IMG/VR virus record: IMGVR_UViG_2636415832_000004
Location: 3,796 to 67,795 of that record
DNA from: a virus
Taxonomy: Duplodnaviria > Caudoviricetes
Length of the DNA: 64,000 nt
Strand: one strand, 5' to 3'
Shown in pieces: positions 9,992-20,255 of the stretch (the stretch's first letter is position 1; every line of letters starts with the position of its first letter). The notes beneath the pieces are model-generated. The model made no database searches. It was not told the origin of the DNA and saw nothing but the letters and a program-made list of their open reading frames with translations. The translations under genes were made by a program, and so were the position numbers.

Positions 9992-11212
9992 ATGGAACTG
10001 CATAAAACTAAAGAGCAGCACATTTATTATTATTTTAATGCTGCTAAAGAAAAGTGCTTTATGTACCGTTATCGCTATACGGATGAAATAACGGGCAAGC
10101 AAAAAGAAAAGAAAAAAATTGGCTTTAAAACAGAAAAAGCAGCACTGAAAGCCCTTTTAGAATTAAAGGCTACAATGCTGCGTGGTGAAACAAAACTTAT
10201 TGAAAATGATAACTTAACTATATCACAATGGCTAGATACTTGGTACGAAACAAATGCTCATAAATGGAAAGCAACTACACGGAAACAACGGGAAATGGCT
10301 ATTCGATTAAATATGAAGCCATTACTAGGTCATTATAAGCTCCAAAAGCTAGATCGGTTAACTTATCAGAAAGTATATATTCGAGAATTAGAAAAAACAT
10401 ACAAGTCGAGCACAGTAAAATTACTTCATAACTTATTTAAAATAGCGATTAATGCAGCAGTTGAAGAAGAGATTTTACAACGGAATCGTTTTACGAAAGT
10501 ATCTTTCACAACGAATGAAGAGCATGAGGTTGAAGAAATTGAAAACTACCTTACGCCTGCCGAGCTTAAGCTTATGCTTGAAACTGCGAAACAGACCGAG
10601 CACATCACGAATTATAGCTTCCTTCTTACAATTGCTTATACAGGTATGCGTAGAGGAGAGGCTTGTGGACTCCAATGGAAAAACATTGACTTCAAAAATA
10701 ATACGATTACTGTTGAGCGAACTCGTGACAATAAGGGAGCAAGACCACCAAAGACTAAAAACAGTTACCGCACTATTTTAGTTGACGAGCTTGTTATGGC
10801 TCAACTAAAAAAATATCAAACATGGTGTAAACAGATCATGCTCGCTTTTGGTATACGTTATTCTGAAAATTCTTTCGTGTTTATTTCTTACCAAACTGCG
10901 GAGCCGATTACTGACAGTGGTTTGCTATACATGCTACGACGTGTACTTGAAGCAGCAGGGCTAGTTAATATTGTTGAAGAGAACGGCAAGGAAAAAGTTA
11001 TTCCGAAATGTACGCTCCACGGTTTACGTCACACACACGCTACTATCCTTTTAAATAATGGTCAAAATGTTAAGGTTATTGCCGAGCGATTGGGTAACAC
11101 GCCTGCTATGATTTATGAAATTTATGGTCATGTTTTAAAGGAATTAGAGCAGGAATCAGTAGCGGTATTTAGTAACAGTTTAGATGCCAATAGGGCAACT
11201 TCTAGGGCATAA
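9992..11212 (+). CDS. int: Tyrosine integrase
   Basis: TGMRRGE, K, HGLRHTH, LGN, Y catalytic motifs; N-terminal arm-binding region. Confidence 0.95.
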   Translation: MELHKTKEQHIYYYFNAAKEKCFMYRYRYTDEITGKQKEKKKIGFKTEKAALKALLELKATMLRGETKLIENDNLTISQWLDTWYETNAHKWKATTRKQREMAIRLNMKPLLGHYKLQKLDRLTYQKVYIRELEKTYKSSTVKLLHNLFKIAINAAVEEEILQRNRFTKVSFTTNEEHEVEEIENYLTPAELKLMLETAKQTEHITNYSFLLTIAYTGMRRGEACGLQWKNIDFKNNTITVERTRDNKGARPPKTKNSYRTILVDELVMAQLKKYQTWCKQIMLAFGIRYSENSFVFISYQTAEPITDSGLLYMLRRVLEAAGLVNIVEENGKEKVIPKCTLHGLRHTHATILLNNGQNVKVIAERLGNTPAMIYEIYGHVLKELEQESVAVFSNSLDANRATSRA

Positions 11213-11527
11213 AGCTATAAGGGCACTACTCAAACACTTGATACAACTACATTTCAAAGGCTTGTAGAGTACTACTCTCGTTAATTTTTTTGGTCTGTTA
11301 ATCAACGATTTTATAAAACCTCGAAACAAGGAAAACCCTTTAGTTTCGGGGTTTTTTCATGTTTTAAGTAAATCTCTAGCTATAACAATTAATGATTATT
11401 TCTAATTTAAATTGGGGGCTTGGTGGGGGCACTTAAAATGATATAATTTATTTCGGGCAGATGTATGTCCCTTTTACAATACAACTAAAAGGCCACTCAT
11501 TGTCGATATGATGAGTGACCTTTATAC

Positions 11528-11800
11528 TTAACCCTCTACTAAGGATACATTCAAAATATCAAGGAAATGTATCTTGTGAACATTCATAAATTTATCTTTA
11601 ATATGAATCAATTTAGTGTTCGCATCCATTTTTATAACCATACCGCTCAATGGTTCATCATGTTTATAAACGGAAAAGGTTTTATATACTTCCTCCTCCA
11701 TTGCTTCTGTTAATGTGGCGGCAAGTTCTTCTAGCTCAAACTCATCACGAGATGGATGTTTAGGTTCCTTTTTCTTTGATGCAATTTCTTTTTTAGCCAT
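11528..11800 (-). CDS. YolD-like protein
   Basis: HPSRDEFELEEL...IHFLDILNV; prophage-end position; SOS boxes upstream. Confidence 0.75.
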   Translation of the reverse strand: MAKKEIASKKKEPKHPSRDEFELEELAATLTEAMEEEVYKTFSVYKHDEPLSGMVIKMDANTKLIHIKDKFMNVHKIHFLDILNVSLVEG

Positions 11801-11823
11801 CTTGATCTTCCTTTCTTTAAAAA

Positions 11824-11871
11824 GAACGTTTGTTTGTATATATTATAGAACTAACGTTCTCTATCTTTCAA
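11824..11871 (-). promoter_or_regulatory. SigA promoter overlapped by two LexA/DinR boxes
   Basis: GAAC-GTTT-GTTT 11824-11835, GAAC-TAAC-GTTC 11848-11859; TTGAAA-N18-TATAAT on minus strand. Confidence 0.75.
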
Positions 11872-11998
11872 GATATTATTTATTCTCCTTTTTACCTTTT
11901 TCGATAATTTTTACTAAACTGAACAATTTATTATCATACTATTTGTATAGTTTTTGGGATATAATTTCATAGAAACTAAATATTACCGGAGGTTTACT

Positions 11999-13063
11999 AT
12001 GAATACTTTGAAGTCATTAATTTTTCCTCAAGACCTGAATAGATTAAGTAAAAGTATTTTAAAGGACATATGTAATGATCTGACGTTAGAATCAACAGGA
12101 AATGTCAATGAATTAACAAATAGAGTATGGTCATCATTTGGACAAATCGAAGGAAGTACACTTGAAAAAATTTACAAAAATATCTTTGCAGGGGCAATTT
12201 CTTTAGCATGGTATCGTACTACAAACGAGGAGGGTTTAGTTGGGCTTAAACAAAATATTATCCAAAACATGCCGTTTAATCCATTTGAAGAGGTAATTAC
12301 TCCAAACAGTACAGAAATTCCTAATGAACCATCTATAATTGCTGCTACCGAAATTGATGGACCTTCTAAATATCTTCTTCGATTCATTCATAGAACAGGT
12401 GTAAGCGTTGACTATTATTTAGCTGACAGAAGAGAATACATTAAACACGAAATTACTACAGTTTATATTGATGAAGTTAAGGGAATAATCGAAGTAAGAG
12501 CAAGTTCTACATCAGCAAAAAAAGTTATTTCTGGATTAGCTGCAATTTTGAACGAAACATATGACTTTAAACAGTTTGATTTTTTAGAAAGCTACAATGG
12601 TGACTTAGAATTATTAGCTGACGCATTACAAGGCCAATTAATTGATGCTATAGGGAGACCAGAAGGTTTGGTAGAAAGTTTTGAAGAAACTCAAGGCCAA
12701 TCAATTGTGAGCATACTATCTGCCATTGACGAATATTATAATAATGGCGAATTAACCCTACTAGAAGAAAATTTAAATAGTGAAGATATTACCGGTATTT
12801 AAACTACTCCATTCACTTTACTACTTTTAAGTGGTCTTGAAACGATAGGTTTAGGAAGTATTCGAGAACTTAGAGGACTACCTTTATACGATTATTTAGA
12901 GCCTTATCTTGCAAAGCAAAAAGGTTCTATATTGTTTGAGCATGCTGAAAGTGGCGTTGTGCAAGTTTATTCGATTCGAATTGGTGTAAAATCAAAAACA
13001 TTTAAATTCAACGTATTTGCGTCTGAACACGTATTAGATTATATTAGAGAAAAAATCTTTTAA
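11999..13063 (+). pseudogene. Accessory gene with SAP-like N-terminus, interrupted by in-frame TAA at 12800-12802
   Basis: Same frame stays open for 86 more codons after the stop, up to 13063. Confidence 0.65.
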
Positions 13064-13079
13064 TTAACTAACTGAGAGG

Positions 13080-13475
13080 GTGAAATTTATGCGTGATATT
13101 AAACCATGGGAAGTAAATAAAATTTTTAATGAAGCACTTGAAACAATTGCGGTTAGTCAAGTGAAGAAATTTTACCCAAGTTATATTGCGAAAATGACTG
13201 AATTACCTCTCGGTGTAGTTATAAATAAACTGGAAGAATTAGAAGAACAAGAAGCCCTAAAAATTAAACATGAATTTCTTTGTGAAGAATGTTGTAGAAG
13301 CATTTTAACAGTTAATAAGAATGATTTTTTCGATCCTGAAGTTACTTGTTTGTATTGCGGTACTGAAAATAACTTTGATCCTTTGGATGCAATACCAATA
13401 ATTGAATTAGATGACGGTTATAGAGAGAGCTTTTCAAAAAAAAAGCCTTTAAAAAGAGAACTAATGTTAGTTTAG
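13080..13475 (+). CDS. Putative wHTH plus zinc-ribbon protein
   Basis: CEEC...CLYC; ends just after an A9 tract. Confidence 0.65.
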   Translation: MKFMRDIKPWEVNKIFNEALETIAVSQVKKFYPSYIAKMTELPLGVVINKLEELEEQEALKIKHEFLCEECCRSILTVNKNDFFDPEVTCLYCGTENNFDPLDAIPIIELDDGYRESFSKKKPLKRELMLV

Positions 13476-13597
13476 AAGCTTATAATAAACCTTTAAGTTT
13501 AAAAGAAATAATACCTATATTAAAGAGAGAAGGTTTATTAGAAGAAGTATCGAAGGTTGGGAATGTAAACATTATAATAAATACAGGAGATGCTTAT

Positions 13598-13930
13598 ATG
13601 AACGAATCTAGTAAATACAGCGGTTTTACTTTTGGAAATAACAATGGTAACTTTAACCTTGAGAATAATGGTACTTTAAACCAAGGGGTTGCTAAAACTG
13701 ATGAGGATATAGCAACTGCACTGAAGCAAATCAATGAAGAAATTAAAAAACTTTCGGAAGATAAAAGAGAAATAGCTGAACCACATTTTGACCTTCTTCA
13801 AACTCATTTAAAAAGTGGAGATAAAGAGAAAGCTAAGAAACCACTAGAAAAATTAAACACTTTATTAGGTTCTGTGGGTTCTATTCTGACTATTGCTTCA
13901 TTTTTAGGATTTGGACTCCCTTTAAAATAG
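13598..13930 (+). CDS. Hypothetical protein with hydrophobic C-terminus; possible -1 frameshift partner of the upstream gene
   Basis: Frame open from 13442 to 13930. Confidence 0.6.
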   Translation: MNESSKYSGFTFGNNNGNFNLENNGTLNQGVAKTDEDIATALKQINEEIKKLSEDKREIAEPHFDLLQTHLKSGDKEKAKKPLEKLNTLLGSVGSILTIASFLGFGLPLK

Positions 13931-13945
13931 AATTCTTTATTATCT

Positions 13946-13990
13946 AAAAAAGCCCAGGCTCATAATTAATTGAGTACCTGGGCTTTGTTG
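13946..13990. terminator. Bidirectional terminator
   Basis: AAAGCCCAGG...CCTGGGCTTT between convergent genes. Confidence 0.7.
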
Positions 13991-13992
13991 TG

Positions 13993-14688
13993 TCATTTTA
14001 CTGTATACAATTTTGTGGTTTTGCTCTCGTTGTTATATACAATCTTTAACCCTAAAAGGTCAGCTAACTCACGGACTTGTACATATGTTCTACCATCTTT
14101 AATAATAGCAGGAACTGATTTACTATCATTGAGCATAACTTTCGCTTCTGTAGTTGATGCCACTTTTACTTCCTCCTTTGATTTCATAGTTTCCTCTATG
14201 CGCTTCAAGAAGCTTTCCCAACGCCCTTCACTCAAAATACGATGTGGACAGTATTTGCCGTTCCAATCTTGGTGTTTTCTAATTCTTTCAATCCCCCAAC
14301 CAAATTGCTTTAATAGTTTAGCAATGTATTGTACAGCATTCGCCTCTGCTGCTAGGTATCGTGACCCACCACTTTTACTGTAGCAAATCTCTACTCCGAT
14401 AGAAATGCGATTACCTTTCTTTAGTGCATTCGGATCACTACTACCTCCGCCATCTCCACAATGCCAAGCATTGCGTGTGAATGGGATGGCTTGGATAACC
14501 TCTTTATCGTCTACAGCAACATGATACGATACCTGGTTGTTATTACTGAGCATATACTTAATCTCGTTTACTGCCGGAGCATCGTTAGCCGTATTGTGTA
14601 CTGTGATATATTGTGGTGTCATTGCGTACGGTGCTTTAATTGAATATTTGCTTGAAGGCAACAAATTTTGTTTGAATGTGTAAACCAT
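13993..14688 (-). CDS. Endolysin, N-acetylmuramoyl-L-alanine amidase (XlyA/CwlA-like)
   Basis: ITVHNTAN, NAWHCGDG, HQDWNGKYCPH. Confidence 0.92.
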   Translation of the reverse strand: MVYTFKQNLLPSSKYSIKAPYAMTPQYITVHNTANDAPAVNEIKYMLSNNNQVSYHVAVDDKEVIQAIPFTRNAWHCGDGGGSSDPNALKKGNRISIGVEICYSKSGGSRYLAAEANAVQYIAKLLKQFGWGIERIRKHQDWNGKYCPHRILSEGRWESFLKRIEETMKSKEEVKVASTTEAKVMLNDSKSVPAIIKDGRTYVQVRELADLLGLKIVYNNESKTTKLYTVK

Positions 14689-14945
14689 TACTCATCATCC
14701 TTTGGTTTGTCATATTTTAATGCCTGAGAGCTATCATTAGTACCATTGGTTGTAGGGTCAACCACTACCCCAATGAGCACTAAAAAAGCGAGCACAGTGT
14801 TAAATAACTCTGTTACTCGCTTGTTATAAATTGTTGTGTCATATCCAAATAGTGCTGATACTTGTTGTACTAATAATAGTAGTAATGCAAAGGTAGCCAC
14901 TAAAAATGGCTTATGTTTCAAACGTACTTTCCAATTAATCTTCAT
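14688..14945 (-). CDS. Holin (phi LC3 family)
   Basis: INWKVRLK, two TM segments, VVDPTT. Confidence 0.9.
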   Translation of the reverse strand: MKINWKVRLKHKPFLVATFALLLLLVQQVSALFGYDTTIYNKRVTELFNTVLAFLVLIGVVVDPTTNGTNDSSQALKYDKPKDDE

Positions 14946-14958
14946 CTGTATTTTCCTC

Positions 14959-15237
14959 CTATTGATTAATAAAGATCAAGCTTAATACAGCCGTGACAAT
15001 TGCTAGAATAAGCGTACTGCCAATTGCATACATCCACTTATCAATTTTGTCGATACGCTTGTGAGCACTACTTGCCATGTCACGTGCTTTAACTGCTGTA
15101 TCTTTGACAGCATCGATTTTTTCGGTAGTTTGTGTAATCGTGTCAACCTTAGTTTCTACCCGTACTACACGCTCTCTAATTTCTGCTAAGATTTCATTTT
15201 GATTTTCCATGCGACACATCCTTTTCCCAATTCCCAA
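14959..15237 (-). CDS. XhlA-like lysis protein
   Basis: Coiled coil, SAHKRID, C-terminal TM. Confidence 0.75.
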   Translation of the reverse strand: MGIGKRMCRMENQNEILAEIRERVVRVETKVDTITQTTEKIDAVKDTAVKARDMASSAHKRIDKIDKWMYAIGSTLILAIVTAVLSLIFINQ

Positions 15238-15275
15238 GCGCTTGGGATTATAAAAAGCACCCTCAACTGAGAGTG

Positions 15276-15755
15276 CTATAGTGTATCTAAACTTTTTATA
15301 ACTTTAAGTAGTATATCTTCATTTTTTTCAAAAAATGATTTTGATACTTCTGCATTTATATTATAAATAACATCATTGTCGATAAAGACTAATTCATAAT
15401 GTACCTTTTCATCTAAATTTCCTAGTATAAGATCTGCACTCTTACCATTATCCAAAGTTATTCTTTGAATATCGAATCCATAATTTTTAGCACTTTCATA
15501 AGGGTCAGATATCTCCTCCATATAGTGTGCTGCGTAGGTGAGAATACGTACATCTGGATTTCCAACATACAAATTAATACCATCTTCATTATCTGACTCT
15601 TCTCCAATATGCCAGTCAGGCGGATAGTTCACTGAAAAACCATATTTTGAATTAAGGTATGTTTCCCACTCAGCACTTTTAATTTTGATTTCATCGTCGT
15701 TACATGCAACAAGAAAGGTAATGATAAAAATAAAAGACAAAAATTTCTTAAGCAT
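15276..15755 (-). CDS. Lipoprotein moron (PsbP-like)
   Basis: LVAC lipobox; YGFSVNYPPDW. Confidence 0.7.
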   Translation of the reverse strand: MLKKFLSFIFIITFLVACNDDEIKIKSAEWETYLNSKYGFSVNYPPDWHIGEESDNEDGINLYVGNPDVRILTYAAHYMEEISDPYESAKNYGFDIQRITLDNGKSADLILGNLDEKVHYELVFIDNDVIYNINAEVSKSFFEKNEDILLKVIKSLDTL

Positions 15756-15961
15756 TTTTACTCTCCATTTTTTATTGTTTTCATTTATTTATTCTACAGA
15801 AAACAGCGTAAACCTTCTAAATATGACAATAAAAATAACGCTAAGCTTCTGCTTGCGTTTTAAAGTAGATGCTTAATAGTAAGCCGTTAAAAACTCCAAT
15901 GAAAAACCTATTTTCCACCTTCCCCACTCCTTACTTACAGGATTGGTAGAAAGATTATTTA

Positions 15962-16120
15962 TTATACACCTTCAGTAGCTGTTAAGATGTAATCCTCGAC
16001 TGCTTGACGATAAACTTCATTTGTGATGTCGTCTAAGACATATGTTTGTCCAGTTTTGGGATTAAGCCCACCTGCTAAAATACGCTCCGCTGCAATACGT
16101 ACTACTACTTGATTGACCAT
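15962..16120 (-). CDS. Small tail-module protein (52 aa)
   Basis: Read manually: MVNQVVVRIAAERILAGGLNPKTG..., coupled to upstream stop. Confidence 0.65.
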   Translation of the reverse strand: MVNQVVVRIAAERILAGGLNPKTGQTYVLDDITNEVYRQAVEDYILTATEGV

Positions 16121-16497
16121 TATAAAATCCCTCCATTTAGTTTATCCACTACTAACAACAATGCATTTTCTAATTCCTCTACTCGCTTTTCTAACGGTAG
16201 TTTCAATGCAGATTCACTCTCATTCCGAAAAGCAAATTGTACATTTTTGTTGATTGGATTTACTTGATAGTACACACAGTTAGTAAATTCTTCATGATAC
16301 TGACCATATTCGAGGTCAATGAAATCAATATCATTTTTGCTGTGTTCATTTAATACAAAAATATTTTCATAGTCTGAATCAAAGGACTGTTCAATTTCAA
16401 CAGTTCCTTCCCCTTCGCCAGAATCGTAAATAACTTGACCGTTTTGCTTCAAGAAATATATACGTCTGCCATTTTTATACCAATTGATAACTTCCAC
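16120..16497 (-). CDS. Tail fibre-associated protein
   Basis: Position after fibre; LEKRVEELENALL. Confidence 0.6.
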   Translation of the reverse strand: MEVINWYKNGRRIYFLKQNGQVIYDSGEGEGTVEIEQSFDSDYENIFVLNEHSKNDIDFIDLEYGQYHEEFTNCVYYQVNPINKNVQFAFRNESESALKLPLEKRVEELENALLLVVDKLNGGIL

Positions 16498-17838
16498 TTA
16501 CATCACCCCCCATGCTTGTACCAAAATGCTTAGTGTTTGTGCTGATATATCAGTGTTACTATAAAAAGTTAATCTTATACGAAGATAATTGCCATCAATA
16601 ACTGTGCCAAAATTCGGGTTGCTATGAAAATAGGGACTTACATCACACAAAACAAAACCATTACTGGTCGACCCACCTGCTCTGGTGTAACTTGATGAAT
16701 TTGGCATAAACCCCAAAGTTACACCAGAGTTTGCTGTACTATTATTAAAAAAAATAATTGGACAAAAAATAACAGCATTCTTTATCGGGAACCCAGCATC
16801 GAATAAAAATTCTACTTCGTGACGAAGAGCTGAGCCAACGCTACGTGTAAAATTTTGTTCACGGTATTTGAATGTTTGGATGGCGCTAATATTTGCCGCC
16901 ATCGTCGCAAACTCTGCATTGGTGGCTGTTGGCACACCTTTACCAGTAATGGCGTTTGCGACTTGGGCTTTACCATTACTTACAGATGTAAAAAGCAGAT
17001 CATATACTTCATCGGCTCTTGATTTTTGGATTGGTATATTTGCAATTATTTGTCCAGTTTTTTGAAGTACCACATTATTGACAATATTGTATGCACCTCC
17101 TTGCGTCGAATTAATTTTTAGACGTACGTTAAGAGGGTTTTTCCCAGTTGCTCGCTTTGTTATAGGGATATAAAACCTATTTGGTGATGTTTCCCTTACC
17201 GCATCCCCGACGTGGAATTGATAAGCAAAAGCACTAGATATACTAACGATTGTTTTTTCATTTACATACTGTGTGCCATCAGCCGCTCCTAAATGGTAAA
17301 TTACATGTGCTCCTCCACCAGCATTACTTTGAGAATAAACCGATGTTAAAACTAACTCAATTGACCCCCAAAAATGTTCAGTAGGTATTTGTATCACCAA
17401 TGTCTCTACACTCGCAACATCTTGCCATTCGTACCAAAAAGGCCACACTTTTTCTACTGTTGTTGATGATAAATTTGTAATATCCGCATCATTATAAACA
17501 CCTTTTTGCCACGCACCATCAATCTTAGCAACATCCCCAGCACGCATATGCTTACTGGCGTCGTTGATATGCGTTATTACACTCTGCCGTACCTCATTGA
17601 TAGCAGCCACTAAATTAGTTTTTTGTGTGGTTTCGAGATTATTCAAGTTGCCGACTTTTGTTTCGAGATTATTCAAACGTACGAGAATGTTATCTCCTGC
17701 TTCGCCACTGCCAATCGCATCACTGATGCGCTTTAGTTCAGCGTCGATAATATCCACGTTACTATTAAAATCTTCTACATTATAAAAATCTGTTTGATCA
17801 GGTTTAATCATATTGTAATTTGGTGTTCTTGTTACCAA
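16498..17838 (-). CDS. Tail fibre / receptor-binding protein
   Basis: TPNYNMIKP...DFNSN.D.ID anchor, NLVAAINEV, FTSVSNGK..VA.AITGKGV. Confidence 0.8.
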   Translation of the reverse strand: MVTRTPNYNMIKPDQTDFYNVEDFNSNVDIIDAELKRISDAIGSGEAGDNILVRLNNLETKVGNLNNLETTQKTNLVAAINEVRQSVITHINDASKHMRAGDVAKIDGAWQKGVYNDADITNLSSTTVEKVWPFWYEWQDVASVETLVIQIPTEHFWGSIELVLTSVYSQSNAGGGAHVIYHLGAADGTQYVNEKTIVSISSAFAYQFHVGDAVRETSPNRFYIPITKRATGKNPLNVRLKINSTQGGAYNIVNNVVLQKTGQIIANIPIQKSRADEVYDLLFTSVSNGKAQVANAITGKGVPTATNAEFATMAANISAIQTFKYREQNFTRSVGSALRHEVEFLFDAGFPIKNAVIFCPIIFFNNSTANSGVTLGFMPNSSSYTRAGGSTSNGFVLCDVSPYFHSNPNFGTVIDGNYLRIRLTFYSNTDISAQTLSILVQAWGVM

Positions 17839-18384
17839 TTACATCACCCCGTTTCTTATTTCATCATGTGTGAATGGTCGTAAATCTATATGTCGATAAT
17901 CATGTAATACACTGTGTTGGATATAACGTAGCCTCACGGTCAGTTCCATATTTTGCGGCACAATACGCTCGAGTAAATCCCTGGCTGCATTGAATTGATT
18001 TCGTACAGTTAATTCTAATTTTATATCTAATGTTTTATCGGCTTTATTAATCGTCAGCTCGTAGGAATCATCACCTAGCAGACTGTTTAACAAACGAATT
18101 AAAACCTCTTCTGTGAAAGGCGGTTGCTCCTGGTAACGCGTTAAGATCCGGAAGCGGCGTGTTTCAATTGTGTCGTTATCGGCAGGATGTAGATGTAACA
18201 TTTGTTCATATCTAGTGGCTCCATCCTTTGATGTTGTGATAACAAATTGATCATCCAGCGTCCTTTCAATTAAATCCCACAAAGCTGATAGTACAGGATT
18301 TTCGGCTTTTGCTATGGCAAGCATTTCTTTAATGTCATACAATACTGGTGGCCAATATTGAACAATATCTACCTCTTTAGCCAC
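17839..18384 (-). CDS. Baseplate protein (XkdU/DUF2313-like)
   Basis: Position after J-like gene; ETRRFRIL, ERIVPQN. Confidence 0.75.
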   Translation of the reverse strand: MAKEVDIVQYWPPVLYDIKEMLAIAKAENPVLSALWDLIERTLDDQFVITTSKDGATRYEQMLHLHPADNDTIETRRFRILTRYQEQPPFTEEVLIRLLNSLLGDDSYELTINKADKTLDIKLELTVRNQFNAARDLLERIVPQNMELTVRLRYIQHSVLHDYRHIDLRPFTHDEIRNGVM

Positions 18385-19450
18385 TCATATCACCTAATTT
18401 CGGGATATTTTCTCTTGCTACTATCAAATTGGATTGTGCGCCATTTAACCGAGTATCTTTAATATCAAGCACACCTGCCACGCCTAGCAGCCTTGTCTCA
18501 ATTTGTGAGATACGTACAACCAGCCCCGCATTATCATCATCACTATGTGCCCATTCTGCTGCCAATTCGCGAAAATAATCTGTTACAACTGTTCGAGCTG
18601 TATTCTCAATAGCAGCCCAATCCCAACCCGTTTGATAAGTGATGTCCGTAGCTACATGGACCACTGACTCATTTACACCAAAAACGGTAACTTCATGGTC
18701 AATGGGGGCTGTACCAATTCCCTCACCTGTCTGATCTAACGGGTCTACCGCTTCTTGCACATCATCTACTAACGTTTGGGTAGGTTTCTCATACAAAGAA
18801 TTGATAATGACAAGTTTTACTGTACCACCACCATTCCATGCCCTGTATACTCGGACACCACCGACACCAGGCAGAGAACCAACCTTTTCCTTATAGTCAG
18901 CACGGTTTCCTCCAAATGCCTGCGAATCAAATGAATCAAAGTAGCGCTTACGAAAAGCTTCTGTACTTTCTTCATCATCCCCTGGAATTAAAACATCTGT
19001 TAAAAAAGCCGTTTGCAAGCCATTGATATAATCAATCGGTATCAACTGGCCAGAAAATAAATTGCCAACATTACCTGCCGTTTCACATTGCAATATAAAT
19101 TGACCAAACGAAATACGTTCAATGACTTCATAATTTAACTCATCTAAACTGAAGCGGCTGCCGATTGGTATATCCATATTAAATAACCCTTTACGTTTTG
19201 CAAAAGTTGCTGGCCGTGGCTTTAATCCTCGTTCTGCAGCACGGCGAATTAGGTATTCTCTTGGAGCTGTATCCGCGAACACAAGATCTATAAAATGCTT
19301 CAAAGTCATGAGCATCTGTACAGTTTCTACACTATTGGCAGCCGTCGCATTAAAAATCATGGAAGTCCCCTCGCGTTTATCTAAAGAATTATCCACGCCA
19401 GCAAGCTTTTGAGCCATTAAATCTTCATAGGTTGTATCTAAATTAAGCAT
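18377..19450 (-). CDS. Baseplate J-like protein (XkdT)
   Basis: DKREG, GGNRADY, WNGGGTVK, GTAPIDH. Confidence 0.9.
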   Translation of the reverse strand: MLNLDTTYEDLMAQKLAGVDNSLDKREGTSMIFNATAANSVETVQMLMTLKHFIDLVFADTAPREYLIRRAAERGLKPRPATFAKRKGLFNMDIPIGSRFSLDELNYEVIERISFGQFILQCETAGNVGNLFSGQLIPIDYINGLQTAFLTDVLIPGDDEESTEAFRKRYFDSFDSQAFGGNRADYKEKVGSLPGVGGVRVYRAWNGGGTVKLVIINSLYEKPTQTLVDDVQEAVDPLDQTGEGIGTAPIDHEVTVFGVNESVVHVATDITYQTGWDWAAIENTARTVVTDYFRELAAEWAHSDDDNAGLVVRISQIETRLLGVAGVLDIKDTRLNGAQSNLIVARENIPKLGDMSG

Positions 19451-19854
19451 CAGTAGTCCACCTCCTTCGATGCTGTAATATCACCGTATATCGTGTGCGC
19501 TGTGTACTCAACATGTACTTTACTTTTGCGTGTAGTGACCACAAATGAATCCACTTCATTGATGCGATCATCTTGTAACAAGGCATCCCGTATGCGCCGC
19601 TTCACCTCGCTTGCTACATACGAAACAGGCTTGCCGAACAAGTCCTTAAACTCAGCGCCAAAATTCCATGAATAAATAATATGGTCATACCGCTCAACGG
19701 AAAGCATTAAAAAAATCGCTTGTTTCATGGCTTCTAGTTCGTCAATATAGCCAACACAGCGATCTTTTGCATAGATTAATTTGTAATTCTTCGTTGGCTC
19801 AATAACTTCCTCAAAATCCAGCATCAGCTCATCGTTTTCGATTTGCGGAATCAT
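19450..19854 (-). CDS. XkdS/DUF2634 baseplate protein
   Basis: EAMKQAI, ERY..IYSWNFG.E, ALLQDDRI. Confidence 0.85.
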   Translation of the reverse strand: MIPQIENDELMLDFEEVIEPTKNYKLIYAKDRCVGYIDELEAMKQAIFLMLSVERYDHIIYSWNFGAEFKDLFGKPVSYVASEVKRRIRDALLQDDRINEVDSFVVTTRKSKVHVEYTAHTIYGDITASKEVDY

Positions 19855-20255
19855 TCAACCACCTCTTTGTCGATAATAATATACTGTTGCCCTCCATGTG
19901 TGCGAATCATTGTAACCTTATCCCCAACAATTAGAGCGTTATGGATTAGAAATTTCTTTCTCCCTTTGTAATCATGATTATGGGAAGCAAAAGCATCGTC
20001 CCCAGATCCGCCAGCACGATTTTCTGTTACATGCTCGACTGTCATTTCCACTTCATAATCCATCACAGCACGGGTTAACTTCAATTGTTCCTCCTTTAAA
20101 GTCAACTTTTGGTCAAGTTGAATCTCTAATGGGCTAATGCTTATGACAGTGCCATAGACGACTGTAGAAAGCTTTTGAGCATTAATGACCCCTAACACTA
20201 TTCGCTGGAACTCTGTTAATATATCCTCCATGCTACGCAATGAAATCACCACCAA
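19851..20255 (-). CDS. XkdR/DUF2577 spike-like protein
   Basis: GTV....PL.I..DQKL, SHNH, GGQQY. Confidence 0.8.
   Translation of the reverse strand: MVVISLRSMEDILTEFQRIVLGVINAQKLSTVVYGTVISISPLEIQLDQKLTLKEEQLKLTRAVMDYEVEMTVEHVTENRAGGSGDDAFASHNHDYKGRKKFLIHNALIVGDKVTMIRTHGGQQYIIIDKEVVE

Larger units (their letters stand above)
1..11290. mobile_element. PICI/SaPI-like phage satellite (left end outside window)
   Basis: Integrase - repressor / Xis - primase-helicase - iteron ori - TerS-like gene order; no capsid, portal or TerL in view; right boundary approximate. Confidence 0.8.

Noticed and set aside
16498-17838. Diversity-generating retroelement or invertible tail fibre
   Set aside because: No reverse transcriptase, template repeat or invertase seen in the window
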